Source: Camelus dromedarius (lineage: Eukaryota). Taken from it: a DNA stretch of 64,000 nucleotides. The first letter of the stretch is position 1, and each line of letters opens with the position of its first letter. A program made the position numbers and the translations under genes. A model generated the notes under the pieces. That model saw nothing but the letters and a program-made list of their open reading frames with translations, had not been told where the DNA came from and searched no databases. Of this stretch, positions 61,966 to 64,000 are shown in pieces. The DNA is taken from the NCBI RefSeq assembly GCF_036321535.1, contig NC_087436.1, positions 89,406,001 to 89,470,000 of the forward strand, written 5' to 3'.

Positions 61966-64000
61966 AGGATTTTTTAAAAACACTACTGATAGCCCTCAGT
62001 AACTCATTACCTTGGGGTTTAGTTTCAGCTGCTCTGCCGGGGTTGTTTCCTTATTAAATAAGATGTGTGGCTAGCCCCCAAAGCCCTGTCGGAAGGGCCT
62101 TGAATAAGTATCTTTGAATTATTGGCTTTTTAATTTTTTTTGTAATGTGATTCATTGATATTCTAGAAGATAAACCTGTTCATTATTAGCCTTGTTTGTT
62201 TTTAATTTAGAAGAGTTAAATTGTATTTTGTTAAACTTCATTAGCTTCTCAAGCAAGCAATGTGAATGCCGCTTGCATTCTGCAAACCTTGCTGTAGTCA
62301 CTTATCTCACTGCTGCTAGAGTAACACGTTGAGATGAGTTCTCGTTCTGCAGTGGATAATACTTCTTTAGAAATGGTGTCAGATCACAGTCATGATTGAT
62401 GAATTGCTTGGATTTGCTCCTGTTTGCCTGTTGCTGCTTTAATTTGTTGGTGATGTTTGAATCTGCCACCTCCCATCTCTAACCCACCAGTTTCCTTGCT
62501 GCGGGCTATTGTGACTAATGACAAAATGATTCCAAACTGAATCATTTCTTAAAATTCAAATGAAGCTTAGGTGCTTTTCTCATTTGTAACCACTGTGTGT
62601 CTGCTGAATACTGATGGAACCACTCAACACTCTGTATGAAACACGACGCCACTCTCACTGACACATTAGTTGTTCCAAAACTTGAAGGCTGTGTAAATAT
62701 TATTCCTAGTGAGTCCTGTGCCACGGAGGTCAGCGGGTTTCTCAATCTTTTTATTGTTTGTCATCATGGAAAATGACAACTACTTTTTACATAGCAGACC
62801 TTGAGCCCTCAGTACAAAATAACTTGAGTATCATTTGGCTGCTTGGCAGACAGCAAAGATGTAAGCCTCAAATCAGTCTAATTCTGCTTTCCTTTATATA
62901 GGTTCTGATATTTAGAGTCTTGAGACTTCTTAGGCTTTTAGTCAGACTGGGGACTGAGTCAAAATGACTTCTACACCTTAGGCGCTATGGGCAATATTCT
63001 TGAACTATGCCTTATAAAGAAATAGTCACCTGAAGGTCAGATAGAAAGTTTCTGACACTTCCTCTTGCATTTGAAAAAGAATCTTGACTCTGTATTATAT
63101 CCATTTCAGTGAAATTTATTAAAAAATGAAGTAGGTGCCTGCTGTGTGCATTAGCCTACAATGATTAATAAGATAATTTTATACCCTAGGAATAAAACAT
63201 TTGATCTTTATTTTCAGATGCTAAGCCTAGTAGCACACTACGTACTGCTCCTTCCATTTTCATAAAGTCTCTTGTTTCACTGATTCTTTTTTTCCAGTCA
63301 CCTTAGACTGATCCTGTCTCTTTGACTTGGTCCTATCACTCTTTCTTCTGGGCATTTTCTTCAAGTATTTGTTTACATTTCTTGGATATTTTATTACTTC
63401 TCTAATAATAGATGTTGTTAGAATATCATTTTAAACCATTGAAAACATGACTCATACAAATATGGAATGAACCTTTGTCCAAGTTTTGTCCAACTCATAA
63501 ATTAAGGGAGGACCACTTAACTACTAAACTGGCTCAGAATTTTTTTGAGGAATGCATATAAGTAGCCATTAAAATAAAAAAAAATACTAGGATAAGGTTG
63601 CAAGATTAGATAGAAGTAGTTAATATCCTTCAGGGCAACAAAAACCATCATCTTTGGTGCTCTTTTCTACTGAAAAGGAATCCATAAGTTAATATGTGAC
63701 ATCACAATTTATTGGGGGGGGGGGGTGTCAAATCCAACGTTAAACAGCAAAATCAAACTCAAGTAAACTCAAATTCCCCTAGAGAATTAATAATCCTTTT
63801 TGAACAATGCTCCACAAAGACATTGGAGGAACCATGCTGTACTCCTTTTCAATTTATAAGTCTTGGAAAAATTTTTAAAGAACATCCTTGACTATTACAA
63901 ACACATAACTAACACAGATAGACATAGTTTATTGAGTTCTTTAATGCCTCCTTCACATCTGTGCACCCGGAAGTTGAACAATGTGGCAGAACATTCAATG

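Noticed and set aside
32536..64000. GABRA4 terminal exon (M4) or a nested gene/processed pseudogene in intron 8
   Set aside because: No ORF with the expected IDKYARILFP-type M4 motif or any other recognisable protein; the final exon presumably lies beyond the window.

Overview
Mammalian genomic DNA, most likely from a camelid, judging by Vic-1-type tRNA-Ala-derived SINEs and cetartiodactyl-type L1 3' ends. The window holds the CpG-island promoter and coding exons 1-8 of GABRA4 (GABA-A receptor alpha-4 subunit, + strand). The exons are 5384-5469, 5859-5977, 19953-20020, 21014-21234, 21451-21533, 24402-24545, 25986-26138 and 32276-32535. They join through GT-AG introns into an open 1134-nt (378-codon) frame covering the signal peptide, Cys-loop domain, M1-M3 and the start of the M3-M4 loop. 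The last exon (rest of the loop plus M4) is not found, so it presumably lies past base 64000, after a >31 kb intron 8. The rest is AT-rich intron or intergenic DNA with L1, L2, MIR, MaLR/ERVL LTRs, MER5-type DNA elements and microsatellites; repeat family names come from recognising sequence by eye and most boundaries are approximate. No new protein-coding system is evident. The best leads are RNA-level and all untested: a candidate poison exon followed by (UG)19 just upstream of exon 3, a T41-driven in-frame alternative acceptor that would insert 15 aa into the M2 pore helix, a GABRA3-like I/M A-to-I editing hairpin in exon 8, an intron-8 read-through/polyadenylation signature, two out-of-frame upstream AUGs overlapping the start, and convergent CTCF motifs.
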